A stretch of 64,000 nt of DNA from Chiloscyllium plagiosum (lineage: Eukaryota): positions 4,898,649 to 4,962,648 of the forward strand of contig NC_057751.1 of the NCBI RefSeq assembly GCF_004010195.1, given 5' to 3'. Each line of letters opens with the position of its first letter. The stretch's first letter is position 1. The position numbers were made by a program, and so were the translations under genes. Shown here in pieces: positions 1 through 14,200 of the stretch. The notes below the pieces were generated by a model that saw only the letters and a list, made by a program, of their open reading frames with translations, did no database searches and was not told the DNA's origin.

Positions 1-1967
1 CTTTGCCTTTCTTTCCAAGTCTCTGAGTCTGCACATCAGCTGAAGAATGCCGGGTGTACCGTAGATCATGTGGGATATTTACCGAGTCTGCTGAGGGGAG
101 GAGACATGAGCTTCGTTGGAACACATCTAACTGTGAGCCACATCCTGCACCAGGTCTAACAGAGACCACACTTTCAGGAGGAGTTCATTGGTGATGTTTA
201 AGGGGCCCCACTTTGAACTTTGCGACGTAGTTGCTGTCTCTCGTGTGATCTGGTGTAAGATGTGCCCTACAATAAGATGTGGTCCAGTGTAGTTTGTGTG
301 TGCTGTACCCCGGGTGACTGCTGTAGATGTTGCCTGTGAGCTGAATGATGCTAATATTTTTACAATGGATTGTGAAAGTTGCTTTGGGATGTCCTGAAAA
401 AGGGCAGTTCTCATTCCTGAAGCCCCTGGGACCTGATCAATGGAATGGTGTCATTGAGTCAGAGAGGTCAACAGCCAAGAAAACGTCCCTTCGGCCCATC
501 AATTATACGCCAGAGAAAAACATCGGCCTAACAAGTCGAATCCATTTTCCAGCTCTTGGCCCACAGCCTTTCCAGTCCGGGCATGGCAAGAGATCATCTC
601 AGTCTTTCTACCATGTCTAAAGGGTTTCCACCTTGACCACCCTGACAGGCAGTGAATTCCAGATTCCAGTTCCTGACAAGTAAAACACTACCTCCAGGTG
701 AATGTGAGGGAGGCTGTACTTCTCAATCTCCTCCTCCAGGCTTCAGTCTTCCGTGCAACAGCTGGGACTGTGTCGCCAGAAAGAGAAGATCATTTCTCAC
801 CAGCAAGCAAGGTTTGGGCCTGCTCTCTCCTGTCTGTCCACTCTCTCACTCCCCCCATCTGTCTGCGCTCTCTCTCTCTCTTTCTCTCTCTCTCACTCAC
901 TCTCACTTTGTCTGTCTTTCTCTCACACGCACTTTCACTCTCAGTCTGCCTGTCTGTCTCTTTCTCCATCTGTGTGTGTGTCACTGTCTCTGTCTCTCTT
1001 TCTCACCTTCTCACCCTTGTTAACATCTCAGACATTGCGAGGGGCAGGTGGGTGGAGGTATTTCAGAGTTTTTTTGACTGTGGTGGGGAGCAATAATCCA
1101 AATTGAGTCTCCGGAGTCTCTGTATTGGGATCTTTCTGTGCAGGAATGAAGTTCTCGATTGCTCATTGATCAAGGTCTGCCTCAGGAACACAGTTTTGAA
1201 ACGTTGCTGTCTCCGTTTCAATGAAACTGCCTCCAAACCTCTCCTTCAACCTGAGGGGAACTGTTTCAGTCAAATCATTGCAGCTTGTTCCTGGCCAAAA
1301 ACCACTGGGAGCATTTCCATCACTGAGACTGAGCCAACTCCTCCTCCACCCTTCTTCCTCTCCTCCACTCTTCCCTCCTCACTCCCTCTTCCTTCTTCCC
1401 CTCCTCTGTCTCCTCTCCATCATCCCTCTCCCACGATCTTTCTGTATCGGAGCCTGCAGCCTGGGACAGCTGATTGTGCGCCTCTCGCATTGACATGGGC
1501 AGTGGGGGGAGCTTGGGGGGGGGTGGGGAGCGCAGTTATGTTGAGTTTGTTGTCCGTCTTGATGTGGTGTGGACCCTGTTGGGATACTGGCTGGGTCAGA
1601 CAGAAATGCTAACTGTTCTGTGTTGAGCGTGTGTCTCTCTGGCGTGAAAATGTTGCAAATGGACGGCACGGGTACCTTGACCATCTCGGCTGCCCCCATG
1701 TCAGACAAATCCAGAGTGAGAGGGGTATCCTTTCTGTCTAAACTGAGGGCACACAGCTGCTGGGCCCAGTCCAGTGACAATCCCAGATGTGAAACCTCTT
1801 CAGCAGAACATGTCTGCATGAGCAACACGCCAGTGGGTTCTACTTTCTGCCCATTTTTTCACCTTGGTTTGTGCTTCCCCTCTCTGCAGGAGACCAACAG
1901 CATTCTGAAACTCCGGATCAAAGAACACAGCCAAGATTTCCTCGGCGGTTCCCGCAGGTGACGGAGG

Positions 1968-2265
1968 ATGAGGAGCATCCTTTGTGCTGTCCGTCACTGT
2001 TTGGCCCTGGTGTTTCTCCACTGCACCTTGGAGCTCCACTGTTTGGCCGAGGTCAAAGGGCAGCAGGTTCCCAGGATTCAGCTCCGATTGGCTGGTAGGA
2101 GGAAGAAGGCCAACGAGGGGCGGGTTGAGGTCTACTACGACGGCGAGTGGGGCACTGTGTGCGATGACGATTTCTCCATATCCACGGCCACTGTCATCTG
2201 TAAGGAACTGGGCTTCCTCCACGCAGAGAGCTGGGTCCCCAAAGCCAAGTATGGCAGAGGCAAAG
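1968..2265 (+). CDS. LOXL2: LOXL2-like coding exon 1: signal peptide and first half of SRCR1 (acceptor AG at 1888-1889 gives about 78 nt of 5'UTR in this exon)
   Basis: ATG at 1968; MRSILCAVRHCLALVFLHC...LRLAGRRKKANEGRVEVYYDGEWGTVCDDDF carries the SRCR motif; donor AG|GTAAT at 2266; phase 1 joins the next exon as Gly. Confidence 0.9.
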
Positions 2266-2379
2266 GTAATTGGATCTTGGGGAGGCCACATCACTGGGCA
2301 TTTAGATGCAGACTCAGGTCTTTGCTCTTGGCCAATTCCAGAACCAAAGGGTCACATTCTGAGGGAACGGGGTAGGCTT

Positions 2380-2840
2380 TAGGAAAGGTTTCTGAAAGGG
2401 TGCAGAAAAGATTTACGAGGATGTTGCCAGCGCTGGAGGGTTTGAGCTCGAGGGAGATGCTGAATAGGCTGGGGCTGTTTTCCCTGCAGCGTCAGAGGCT
2501 GAGGTGTGACTTTATAGAGATTTATAAAATCATGAGAGGCATGGATAGGGTGAATAGACAAGGTCTTTTCCCTGGAGTGGAAGAGTCCAGAACTAGAGGG
2601 CATAGGTTTAGGGTGAGAGGGGAAAGATATAAAAGGGTCTCTGGCGCTGCGAGGCAGCAGTGCTAACCACTGTGCCACCGTGCCGCCCACAAATTTAAAA
2701 GGCATCTGGATGGGTATATGAATAGGAAGGGTTTGGAGGGATATAGGCCGGGTGCTGACAAATGGGACTAGATTAATGTAGGATATCTGGTCAGCATGGA
2801 CGAGTTGGACTGAAGAGTCTGTTTCCCTGCTGGATGACTC
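2380..2840 (+). mobile_element. CR1-like LINE 3' end
   Basis: QKRFTRMLP...[17 protein letters not shown]...ESRTRGHRFRVRGERYK followed by a typical 3' UTR. Confidence 0.85.
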
Positions 2841-4004
2841 TCGCAGTTGGATATTGCACATGGAGCTAAAGGGATTGAAGGATATGGGGGGTTTGGGAGG
2901 AACAGGAACAGTATACTGATTTGGATGATAAGCTGTGAAGGGCTGAATGGCCGACTCCTGATCCTCCTATTTCCCATGTTTCCCGGGGTATCATGACGTT
3001 GTTCATTTTTGCAGAAAGATTTGGGGCTCCCTCACAAGGGGCAGAAAAACCGAAACCCAGGCTTTTCCTGGGGCGAGGCTGCGGAGCAGGAGCTGAGAGA
3101 ACGGAGAGGCCATTCGCCTTCTCTAACCTGCTGCACCATTCACTGAGGACAGGGCTGAACCCACAGCACGGCAGTGTTCCCCATGTACAGTACCTGCTGC
3201 TGAGCTCCATCGGTTCCCACCTCCTCTCCATCTCAGCCTCTGCTGGACTTGGTAATCCAGTGCATGCTGTGTGGTGGGAGTGGAGGTTTCCAAAGGTTCA
3301 CAACTCTCACGTTCTCCGTCACCGCCCTTAACCATCAACCCCTTCGACTGGTCCCAAGGAAGGAAGAACGTGGTGTTGGTAAGCCCCACACCTCCCCAGG
3401 GTGCCTTCCCTTTCCCCTGCGAACAACCCCATGAGCTCTCAAGCCCATTCTAAGCTATTTCCCAACACCTCTCTGCAAGAAGAACACAACTTTCACAAAA
3501 GCAGTGAGTCCAGCTGGAAGACACCAGCTAGATGGCCTGCCAAGGAGCTGAATGTACTCACAGTGATGAGTTCACCCTCTGTTCCACTGCCTCTGTTGTC
3601 CTGGGTTGACCGGGATCTGGAAGAGACGACACTGAGTGCTGGAGAAACTTGGCAGGTCTGTGGGCGGAGGAACTGAGCAAGCCTTTCCAGCGCAGCGTCG
3701 CTCCGTCCCACTGGATGGAATTTCTGAGCTCAGATTGTCAGATGTGAAGCTGTGCTGACAGAACTGGAAGCACCAGCTAAGCTTTGCTTCAGCAGGCAAG
3801 CTGCTGGCTTCAGATCAGTTGTTTCTGAATTTCATGTGGTCCATCAGTGAATGGGTCTGCACATGCGTCGTGATGCAAGGGGAAGACTGAGCACTTCCTA
3901 AGCCCACAGGAGTTCGCCTTGTAGCCCGTTGCGTGGTGGGAGAGTGTGGGACCTGACCTCTGTGTGCTGCAGAGTAACTGGGTTGACGTTGTTTTCCAAT
4001 GTAG

Positions 4005-4180
4005 GCAGGATCTGGATCGATAATGTCCGATGCACTGGCAGTGAGAAGACTCTGGCAGCTTGCGATTTCAATGGCTGGGGCATCACCAATTGCAAACACA
4101 CAGAAGATGTTGGAGTAGTGTGCAGTGAGCAGAGAGTACCTGGCTTCAAGTTCTTCAACACCCTCCTCAACGATATTGAG
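4005..4180 (+). CDS. LOXL2: LOXL2-like coding exon 2: end of SRCR1
   Basis: tgtag|[69 protein letters not shown]; donor GAG|GTGAGT; 176 nt; PGFKF motif is typical of LOXL2. Confidence 0.93.
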
Positions 4181-4924
4181 GTGAGTGCAGCCTTGCCCAC
4201 CCTTGCTGGGACACACGATGGCTTGGTGATGAACATCTATGCAGCACTCACAAAGTACATTCATTTACTGGCGTGAAAGCTGGTTCTAATAGCTCCCAGG
4301 TTGCCAGGAGGTCCATCTCCACTCTAAACCCATTCGAGGTGGGTGGGTTGGGGGTGTGGTTACCAGCTGTGTCCTGGGAGCATTGCAAAGGTGCAGCATC
4401 GGACCAGCCAATCAGTGAGGCCTCTGCGGCCCCAATATTATTTGTCTTCTTCCAGTTCCAAGGCTGCAAGAAGCCAGTGACTGCTGCCAGTGATTGCCAG
4501 GTTTTGGTTTGTGAAAGCAGTCAATACTCACCATGGCAGATGGTGGAGTAAATACATGGAGATGATGGCCTGGTGGAATTGTCACTGGACTGTTAATCCA
4601 GAGAGCCAGGTAATGATCTGGGAACAGCAGATGGTGTAATTTGAATTCTGATGGTGCAATCTGGAATTAAGAGTCTAATGATGACCGTGAATCCATTGTC
4701 GGTAATGTACCTTCAGGGAAGGAAACTGCAATCCTTACCTGGTCTGGCCTACTTGTGACTCCAGACCCACAGCCGACGTGGTTGAGTCTAAACTGCTCTC
4801 TGGACAATTATGGATGGGGAATAAATGCTCGCTCATCCAGCGACACATACATCCCATGAATGAATAAAACCAAAGTGTGGATTTGAAAGTTCGCTAAACG
4901 ATGACCATATAAACATTGTCAATT

Positions 4925-5960
4925 GTCAGCTCAACGTTCCAGGGTTTGGAGGTTTCAGGCACGATGTAGGGGGGGAGAATGTAAGAGAGGTGGGGTTGTT
5001 ATATTATTGATTTGAGATGATCAAGACTGCAGTTAGGAGGGAGGATATCTAGAAGGATCTTCAGATGCAGCCCATCCAGGTAGAGCTTAGAAATAAAAAA
5101 CAAGGGATGATCACTTTCCTGGGATTATACTTCAGGCCTCCCAGCAGTCAGAGGGGGATATGAGGGCAAACCGCAGCCAAGTGTTAGAGGAATAGGGCTA
5201 TAACAGTGGGGGATTTCAACTTTGCCAACAATAACTGGGTGTGAAAGAATTCGATGGGGTGAACATTTTCAAATGCATCCAGGAGTGTTTTTTATGAGAG
5301 TACAGAGGTAGTTCTACTCGAGATGGGCAGTGCTACACCTAATCCTCGGGAATGAAGCTGAAATGTAGTTGAAATGTCAATGAGCAAGGATTTCAGGGAC
5401 AATGATCATAACTGTAAGTTTCAACGTAATTGTGGAAAGGGATAAGGATCGTGCAGAAGTTATGAGTCTGAGTTGGGAGGATGCCAATTTCATTATCATT
5501 AGACAGAATCTGGCAAACGTAGGCTGGGAGCAGCTGCTTGCAAGTAAATCTGCATGAGGAAAGTGGGAGTCTTTCAAAAGCATTATCGTGAGAATTCGGG
5601 ATCAGTGTGTTCCTGTCAGAGGGAAAAGCAAGGGCAGCAAGCTCAGGGAACCCAGGATGTCAAGGAAATGAAGGAAGCACGTGTCAGGGACAGCATGTTA
5701 AAGACTGGGGAGGCCCATGAAAAGTACAGAGAGTGGAGGAGGTTGCTGCAAAAGGAAACGAGGAGAGCAAAGAGGGGCAACAGCAGATAGGATTAAGGAA
5801 ACCCCCAAGGCATTTTATCAGTAAATTCAGAGCAAAAGGATTGCCAGGGACCTATTAGAAAACCAAGGGGCAGCCTAGGCTTGGAACCAGAGTATGTGGA
5901 TGAGGCTATAAATGAATATTTCTCTGTATTTACAGAGGAAAAGATATTGTAGCTGGGGAT
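4925..5960 (+). mobile_element. Decayed CR1-like LINE ORF2 fragment (endonuclease/linker region)
   Basis: Remnants of APE-type motifs (gtgggggatttcaac = VGDFN; gatcataac = DHN) with many stops. Confidence 0.55.
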
Positions 5961-7114
5961 TTCAGTTCAGGGCAGGTTCCATGTGCGTGCCTTCCTCAGG
6001 GGAATGCTGTTCCTGCTCAAGTCTTGACTCCCATTTGTTAGTGCCCACCCTTCTGTGAGACAGTGGCTGAGGCTCGGGACCTTTCATGCTGTGAGCCATG
6101 TCCTGTACATCTTTGCATATTAGCTGCTCTGATATTCCATGCTTGCCCAAGGGCGTGTGGACAAGTACACTTCCAGCTTTGGAAGTGGGTGTGAATCCTG
6201 AGGTATGAATGTAGTACACTAGCTCATATAACACATACCGCAGTGAGTTACATATCTGTTGAGTCACATATCATCAAATTTATTAACAACACTGACTATA
6301 TTTACAAGATTTTAAACCAGCCCCCTCATACCCATCGTCTGGAACCAGTACGTACATTATATGGAAACAGCTGACCTACTCAGCACACTGCACTGACACC
6401 ATTCCGACAGGACAGTGCCTGAAAACCAGGCAGCTACCTTGGATAACATAACATTACAGCTTGTAATGTTAGTGCCTGATCTGGAATCTGTACCCACCCA
6501 GCAAAACCCCATCCACCTTGTGCTGAAGGAATCAGCCTGTCAAAGGGGAGCAGGTTTTGGATTTCCGAGAGTGACGCATCCTGAGATCAGTCTGTGATGA
6601 CCTGGATCTCGTGTGAAGATGATTCCTCAGTGTTCTGGATTTCACCCCCTTCTCCGACAGGATATACAGCCACGTTCTCTCATTGCATTCCTTTGCCATT
6701 GTAAACAAGCTTCCTTGTCAGGCCATCCATCAGGATCAAGGATGCCTTGCTTTCCCTGAACACCTGTGACTAGTTCAGTGTTGGATCCAGCCCACACATG
6801 GTGTCTCGAGGGAGAGCGTGGGGGGGTGGGTGGAGGGCAGAGCAGGGGAGGGGGTAGGGGGGGAGGTGTGGGTTGGATGCTCGATGTTCCTGCTGCTGGC
6901 CCAGTTGAAGACATTCTGTGGATGCTCCTTCTACAGTTTTGTCATGATTGGGCAGGAGCTTCCCATCACCCCCACCGTTGGATGGTTACATTTCTTCAGG
7001 GAGGCTTTGAGCAGACCCTTAAAACTCACCTCTGCCCTACCTTGTGACTGTTCACCATGACCAAGCTTGAAGGAGAGAGAGAGAGAGAGAGAGAGATCTC
7101 CGAGGGTAGTGATT

Positions 7115-7410
7115 AGATTAGATTCCCTACAGTGTAAAAACAGGTCCTTCAGTCCAACAAGTCCACACCGACCCTCCAAACCCATTTGCCCACCCTATAA
7201 TTACCCCTTACTACTGCACCTAACACTATGGGCAATTTAGCATGGCCAATTCACCAGACCTGTACATCTTTGGACTGTGGGAGGAAACCCCACGCAGACA
7301 TGGGGAGAATGTGCAAACTCTACACAGACAGTCACTCGAGGCAGGAGTCGAACCCAGGTCCCTGGTGCTGTGAGGCAGCAGTGCTAACCACTGAGCCACC
7401 GTGCCACCCC
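7115..7410 (-). mobile_element. tRNA-derived SINE (HE1-like)
   Basis: Minus strand ggcacggtggctcagtggttagcactgctgcctcacag...gggttcgactcc (A/B boxes) and a CR1-like tail. Confidence 0.8.
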
Positions 7411-9229
7411 AGCAGTGTCAGGACCATGTGGTTGACCCTAATGCAGCTCATTGATCAGAACCAGTGGGTTGATGTTGGCCTGAGAGAGGACACTTATCTC
7501 CTCTCTGCTCCCATTTTCCTGTTTACTCACTGGGATCTTGTCCTTGCAGTAAGGAACTTCTTCATGACCTCTGAAGATGGTGGTTTCTCCTTGGGCAGCA
7601 ATGTGTACTGACCCCCCAAGGACAAGCCTTGCTTGCCACCCTGTTCTTGTCATTCCTCATTCACTCACCCACTCACTCTCTTGGAAGGTCCTGTTTTGAA
7701 GAAGCTTCTTTTGTGGATCTGAAAGAGGTCCACCATCTCAGGAATTCACCAAACCTTGAAATACACCTGCATAAGGTGTATTATGAGATGGAGTCATTCC
7801 AATGTGAAAACAGATCTGAAGGATTCTCTTCCTCCCATTTCCCTTGGCATTCCCGTGGGAGCTAGCTGCTGGGAAATGGAACGCTGCATTGGGATAATTT
7901 CACTTGGAGCATCTTTTGGGATGTGGGCGTCACTGGCTGGCCCAGTATTTATTACCCATCTTCAACTCCCCATGAGAAGGTGGGGGTGAGCTGCATTCTT
8001 CAACCACTGCAGTCCACCTACTGTAGGTAGACCCACAATGATATGAGGGAGGAAATTCCAGGATTTTGACCTAGTGACAGTGAAGGAATATATTTCCAAA
8101 TCAGAACGGTGAGTGGCTTGGAGGTGAACTTGCTGGCGTTGGTGTTCCCATGTATCTGCTGCCCTTGTCCTTCTTGATGGTACTTGTCATGGACTTGGAA
8201 GGTGTTATCAGAGGAACCTTCTGTACGTAGATCTGATTTTCCTGTATGCCAAGTGTCCGTTGTGGCAAACTTTTAGACCAACACTCTGCATGGTTACTTT
8301 ATTCATAGAGGAGGTCAGGAGACTACATGAGAGTCAGCAGTTTGTACTGAGGCCCAGGGAATGGGCCAGCAATGATGCATGGAGTTTCTGTCCAGCTGTT
8401 TGTCCATGAGAGGCAGTCCATGTTTCTTGATGTCTTTGAAGTTTCGTTAACGTGCCTTAACTCAGCCCTTGGGTTCCTTTGGCCAATTACTTCAGAAACC
8501 GACGGTGTTGCAATCCAACATGCTCCTGATTCTTTCACTCTGTCCACTACTGGGTAGCTGGGAATGTGGAGCTGTCTGTCCTTCTCCCAGTGAAGTGGTG
8601 GGAAGAGTGAATTTCCCCAGCCCAGCTGAATAGTTTTCTGTCTGGTGTGGGCACTCAGGGCTACGCAATTCAGGCAGTTGGAGTTCAGCTTCCGATCATC
8701 AAACAGTCAAGAGAGAACGGTGGGGTGTTTAGCTTGAGGAGCTGAATTAACTCCCCCTGTCTCGTTTGAACAGATGCAAGCAGCAATCTGGATTTGTGCA
8801 TCTGCACTTCCCAGTTGTTGCACTAGCATCACTATCTGGTCAGCTTGCCAGTTTTCCACCACTGTAGCAGACAGAGTGATCGACCACAAGTCATTGTTCT
8901 CTGAGCAAACTTGGAGCACCGAGTTACAGCCGGGGGGGGGGGTGGGGGGAGGGAGATTGTTTTCAACCCCTGGTTCCAAAGCCATTCACTGGCTGTTTTC
9001 CTTTAGATGCCATTCCCGTAATGATTCCCGTGCACAAAAATATCAGGGGCAACCGCAGCCAGAACTGCATTCCTTCCAAATTGTCTGGTTGCTGGAAGAT
9101 TCTGCTGTTATGTGCACTCCTTTTTATCCTGCTCTGAAACAGCATGACAAGTGAAGAATTGAGACAATTAACATTGAACATAATGGCCCCATTCCGTGCT
9201 CAGAAGCAAAGGGGCAGCATTTGTGACCA

Positions 9230-9680
9230 ACAAAAACAGAAATTGCTGGAAAAGCTCAGCTGGTCTGGCAGCATCTATGGAATGAAAGCAGAGTTTACAT
9301 TTTGGGTCCAGTAAACCTTCCTCAGAACTGATGGTAACGAGGAAGAAGTTGGTTTTTCTGCAGGAGATCGGGTCAGGGGAAGGGGGTAAGGAGTAAATGA
9401 CAGGTGGGAATAGAGCCCAAAGAGCGAGAGGAGAGCAGTTGGACAGATAAAGGAGTGCATAAAAATCATCCGAGGAAGGTGAATAGCTACTAATGGTGGC
9501 TACAATGGGTTGTGTGTAACAGCTGACCATGTGATAACAGGGCCTGGTGTGTGGGGGTTGGGGTAAGGACATGGGAGACGGTGCTTCAAGCCCTAAAATA
9601 GTTGAACTCGATATTGAGTCCGGAAGGTTGTAGAGTTCCCAAACAGAAACCGAGGTGCTGTTCTTTCAGCTTGCGCTAAG
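9230..9680 (-). mobile_element. Penelope-like 3' fragment
   Basis: Minus strand ends ...ttctgaggaagg...gatgctgccagaccagctgagcttttccagcaatttctgtttttgtt, the same terminal repeat as the + copy at 13057-13157. Confidence 0.6.
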
Positions 9681-10142
9681 ATGTTTGTGACTAACCTTGA
9701 TGGAAACAACCCACATAGAATTTACGATCCCTGAACTTCCCTGATAACCTTTTGGAACTGGTGTCAGGTCAAGGGAATCTCAGGCTTGGAGCTGAGGAAT
9801 GTACGCAGCCAATCGGATTAGAGTAACCTCACCGACAGCACACCTAGAAGTCAAAAACAATGGTTCTGAAATAGTTTCATTTGACTGAAATAATTTGTTG
9901 GTAAGTACAGAGGGGGGTTACAGTCGAAAAACTTGAAAAATGTTTTGAGATGTTTGATGGGAAAGTTTGACATTGCTCAAGGTTAACATCACTCTCTCCA
10001 GCCAGTGAGACTGCTCAGAAACATGTACCTTCTTGTTAAAAAAACTCAATCACACCTCATTTGATAAGTTCTTTAGTATCATGCTCTTAGTTTACCTCTC
10101 ACCCTGCATTTGTTTAACTCCATTTGCTCTTTGATAATCATT

Positions 10143-10322
10143 CTGTGTCTCTCTCTGTTTGTCTCTCGCTCGCGCTCTCTCTCTCTCCGTCTCTCTCTCT
10201 CTCTCTCCGTCTCTCTCTCTCTCTCTCCGTCTCTCTCTCTCTCTCTCCGTCTCTCTCCGTCTCTCTCTGTCTCTCTCTCTCCGTCTCTCCGTCTCTCCGT
10301 CTGTCTCTGTCTCACTCTCTGT
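10143..10322. repeat. CT-rich compound microsatellite
   Basis: (CT)n punctuated by CCGT. Confidence 0.9.
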
Positions 10323-13261
10323 TTCTTTATACGTGGAATTAGCCACAGATCACAGATGCCTCCTGGACTCAAAAGCAGCTGTCTCAAACATTTCCAGTGG
10401 TCCACCATTGCTTGGTATTGACACAGCTGCACGTGGTCAGGAGGTTGGAGGATCTGCACAAACAGATCTGGCCTGACCTCTTTCTTCCCTGTGCTTGTCT
10501 GTCTTTCACACTGAGTCACCTCCCGGTTGGGTTCCATCCTCAGAATACACTCCTCCTCCATTAGGACATCTCTCCCTCACCTCTCGTCGCTATCCAAATC
10601 CAGGTGTGACCGTGTTGGCATTTTCTCATCTTCACATCCTCGAGTCCAACTGGGACTTGAATTTCTGTGGGAGCCAAGAAGCTCAACAGATCGGCAGACG
10701 ACGGTCTCTCAGACTGGAGGCTGGGATAGATGCCAGCAGTCTGAATTGGGGTCTGTGTGAGCAGTTATCCACTCAGCAGATTGTTAGTTTGTTTGTGCTG
10801 TACCCTGTGACAGTTCTTGGAGCAGGACATTATGATGAGGGCGGTGACCCACACACTCGGTCAGATAGGGCCTGTCTGTGACTGACAGAAGCCATCCACA
10901 TGCCCAGCCTGCGTGTGATCAGCCCTGAGGCTACAGTGCAAACAGCGGTGGTCCCTCTCCTCAGATCCCAGTTGGCACTCAGCACAGAAAAGACTGCTTC
11001 TTCATGGAGATCGATGTCAACGCCAGATGGACATGAGGGATGGATGTGTGCAGACATCATGAGGAATGCTGACAGAGAACCCTGGAGATGGGACTTCTGT
11101 TAGCTCCAAGAACAGTCGCATCTCAGCATCTGTGTTCTGCACTTAGACCCAGCAGAGCCTGTTGTAGTTGGCTGCTTTGTGTGGGCAGAGGGAAGGAGAA
11201 ATCCCCAGCTCCCCCTGATTTCCCTTTCAACCTTTAACATTTTCCCCGTGTTTGTGGGAAGAGACTTTGACTGGCAAGGTCACTCATCAATGCCCGTCCC
11301 TAATTGCCCCTAGTGTAGGTGGGGGTGAGCTGCCTTCTTGAACCGCTGCAGTCCATGTGCTGTGAGTTGACCCACAATGCCCTTAGGGAGGGAATTCCAG
11401 GATTGTGACCCAGTGACAGTGAAGGAACGGCGATATATTTCCAAGTCAGGATGGCGAGTGGCTCGGTGGGGAATTCCCAGAGGGTGATGGGGCACGTGCC
11501 CAGTCATCGTTGGGTGGCCTTACATCAGTGCCCCGCTCACGAGTCAAGCTTGGCATCAGCTCTGAAATCACATGTGGTCCCTTGAAAAGCAGCATCCTTC
11601 CTGCCCCTGAGAGGAAGCTGTCCCCTGAATGTATGGGCACTGAGTGGAAAAGGAATCTCCAGCCGTCGGATATCTCACAGAAATGGAGAAATGTCGAAGG
11701 TGGGAGCAGGAGTAGGCCATTTGGCCCTTCCAGCCTGCTCTGCTGGTCAGTAAGATCACTCCATCCCACCTCAATCCATTGATCCCTTTTAGCCTCAAGA
11801 ACTCCAAGTTCCTCGTCCTTAAAAAGGTGCATTGTTTTGCCCTCACCCACCTCTCTGTGATTGTGAATTGCACAGCCTCAGTGCTGTCCTTGGATGGAGA
11901 CATTTCTCTCCATCTCAGTCTGAAATGGTTTCCCCCTTCTCCTTGACTCCTTCTTCTGGACTCCCTTCACTGTTGGGATCACCCCTCCTGTCCAGTCCTG
12001 TTCGGAGTGTGCTGGAAACACTGGGCCAGTGACCTGTCTCTGACCCTTTTTGAAGCCTGGGGATGACTGGGAGAGTGTGTTTAAGGCAAGGGAGACAGCA
12101 ATCTCCCCTGATGCAGGAGTGTGTCCCCCTTTGGTGTGCCTGCACACCCTGGTGCAGTCCCTGCAGTGGGAAGCCCTCTTCCAAAATGAGGAGCCTGGTG
12201 CTGAGTTTAACCTCAGGCTAACAAGCTGGGATTTTCACAGCAACCCCAGCCAGTTCGGGAATCGAACCCGTGAGGTTGGTGTATCCCAAAGTAACCACCC
12301 GGTCAGCTGGCTGGATCGAACACCATGTCATGGCCAGACCTGTGGTGTCCCAGTGTACTGAAAGAGCACTCAGTCTGCCCTGGAAACCGCTGTGGGAGGG
12401 AATGTTTGTGCAAACGTGTTCCTGTGAAGTGCTTGGAATGTTCAGAATGACATTTGAGCTGGCTGCTGGAACATTTCAAGGTATTCCTCACAGCACTGCG
12501 CACGGTTTCTCAGGGTCAGAGGTCACAGTGTTGAGATGCATTTTTCTGAGCATTGATCATGGAGAAAATGGGCTTTTTCTCTCCAACCCCCCCCCCCCCC
12601 TCCCAAAAACGTCATGTAATCTCTTGGAGACTTGCCAGCCAGCATCTGTTTTCCATTGTACAAGAACTCCGAGCTGGTTCAGGCTCCCAGACAGTTTTCC
12701 TTCATAGATTCGCAGCGATGATGAACTGGCAAATAGTACAGTTCGAACCGCAGTCAAATCCTGCTATTTTGTAGGGAGGGTTATGTTCCTGCAAAGCTTG
12801 ACAAACAGTGAATATATACTTTAAGACGGTTGTCAAGTGAAAAGGTTTGACGCTGCCTAAACACTGACTTAAAACATAGTGGGATCCCAACTGGTAGCTG
12901 ATGGTTTAGTATGACAGGAAACATTTAACATCATCAATGGCAGGATGCTAGGAAGCGAAGAGGAACAGAGGGGTGTTATGGGGAGCTTGGTCTCAGATCC
13001 CTGAAGGTGCACAGGGGAATCACCAGGATGTTAGAGTTGACACTTTGAGAACCGAGTTCTGAGGAAGGGTCACTGGACCCGAAACGCTAACTCTGATTTT
13101 TCTTCATAAATGCTGCCAGACCTGCTGAGCTTTTCCAGCACATTCTGTTTTTGTTTGTGATTTGCATGGGATGGAGCCCGTTTAGCTGAAAAGAGAGGCT
13201 GGATAAGCTCAGGCTGTTTTCTTCAGAGCAGAGAAGGTTGACTTGATAGAGATGTTCAAGG

Positions 13262-14200
13262 AGCTGAAAATGTGTTGCTGGAAAAGCGCAACAGGTCAGG
13301 CAACATCCAAGGAGCAGGAGAATTGACAGTTCGGGCATGAGCCCTTCTTCAGGAATGAGGAAAGTGTGTCCAGCAGGCTAAGATAAAAGGTAGGGAGGAG
13401 GGACTTGGGGGAGGGGCGTTGGAAGTGCGATAGGTGGAAGGAGGTTAAGGTGAGGGTGAACAGAGTTGGGGTGGGGGCGGAGAGATCAAGNNNNNNNNNN
13501 NNNNNNNNNNNNNNNNNNNNNNNNNNNNNNNNNNNNNNNNNNNNNNNNNNNNNNNNNNNNNNNNNNNNNNNNNNNNNNNNNNNNNNNNNNNNNNNNNNNN
13601 NNNNNNNNNNNNNNNNNNNNNNNNNNNNNNNNNNNNNNNNNNNNNNNNNNNNNNNNNNNNNNNNNNNNNNNNNNNNNNNNNNNNNNNNNNNNNNNNNNNN
13701 NNNNNNNNNNNNNNNNNNNNNNNNNNNNNNNNNNNNNNNNNNNNNNNNNNNNNNNNNNNNNNNNNGGGGGGTGTGGATCTGACGAGGGAGTCACGGAGTG
13801 AGTGGTCTTTTCAGAACGCTGATAGGGGAGGGGAGGGAAATATATCCTTGGTGGTGGGGTCCGTTTGGAGGTGGCAGAAATAACGACGGATGGTACGGTG
13901 TATATGGAGGTTGGTGGGGTGGTAGGTGAGGACCAGTGGGGTTCTGTCCTGGTGGCGATTGGAGGGGCGGGGCTCAAGGGCGGAGGAGCGGGAAGTGGAA
14001 GAGATGCGGTGGAGGGCATCGTTGATCACGTCTGGGGGGCAATTGCGGTCTTTGAAGAAGGAGGCCATCTGTGTTGTTCGGTATTGGAACTGGTCCTCCT
14101 GGGAGCAGATGCGGCGGAGATGAAGGAATTGGGAATATGGGATGGCATTTTTACAGGGGGCAGGGTGGGAGGAGGTTTATAGTAAATGTCCATGTTAATT
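13262..14200 (-). mobile_element. Penelope-like element fragment spanning an N-gap
   Basis: MASFFKDRN...PLVLTYHPTNLHIH...LQTDPTTKDIFPSPPLSAF is typical of the PLE C-terminal region; the 3' terminal repeat (cctgaagaagggc...gatgttgcctgacctg) is at 13265-13355. Confidence 0.75.

Noticed and set aside
6820..6870. G-quadruplex-like G runs
   Set aside because: Such runs are common throughout the window and nothing indicates function.
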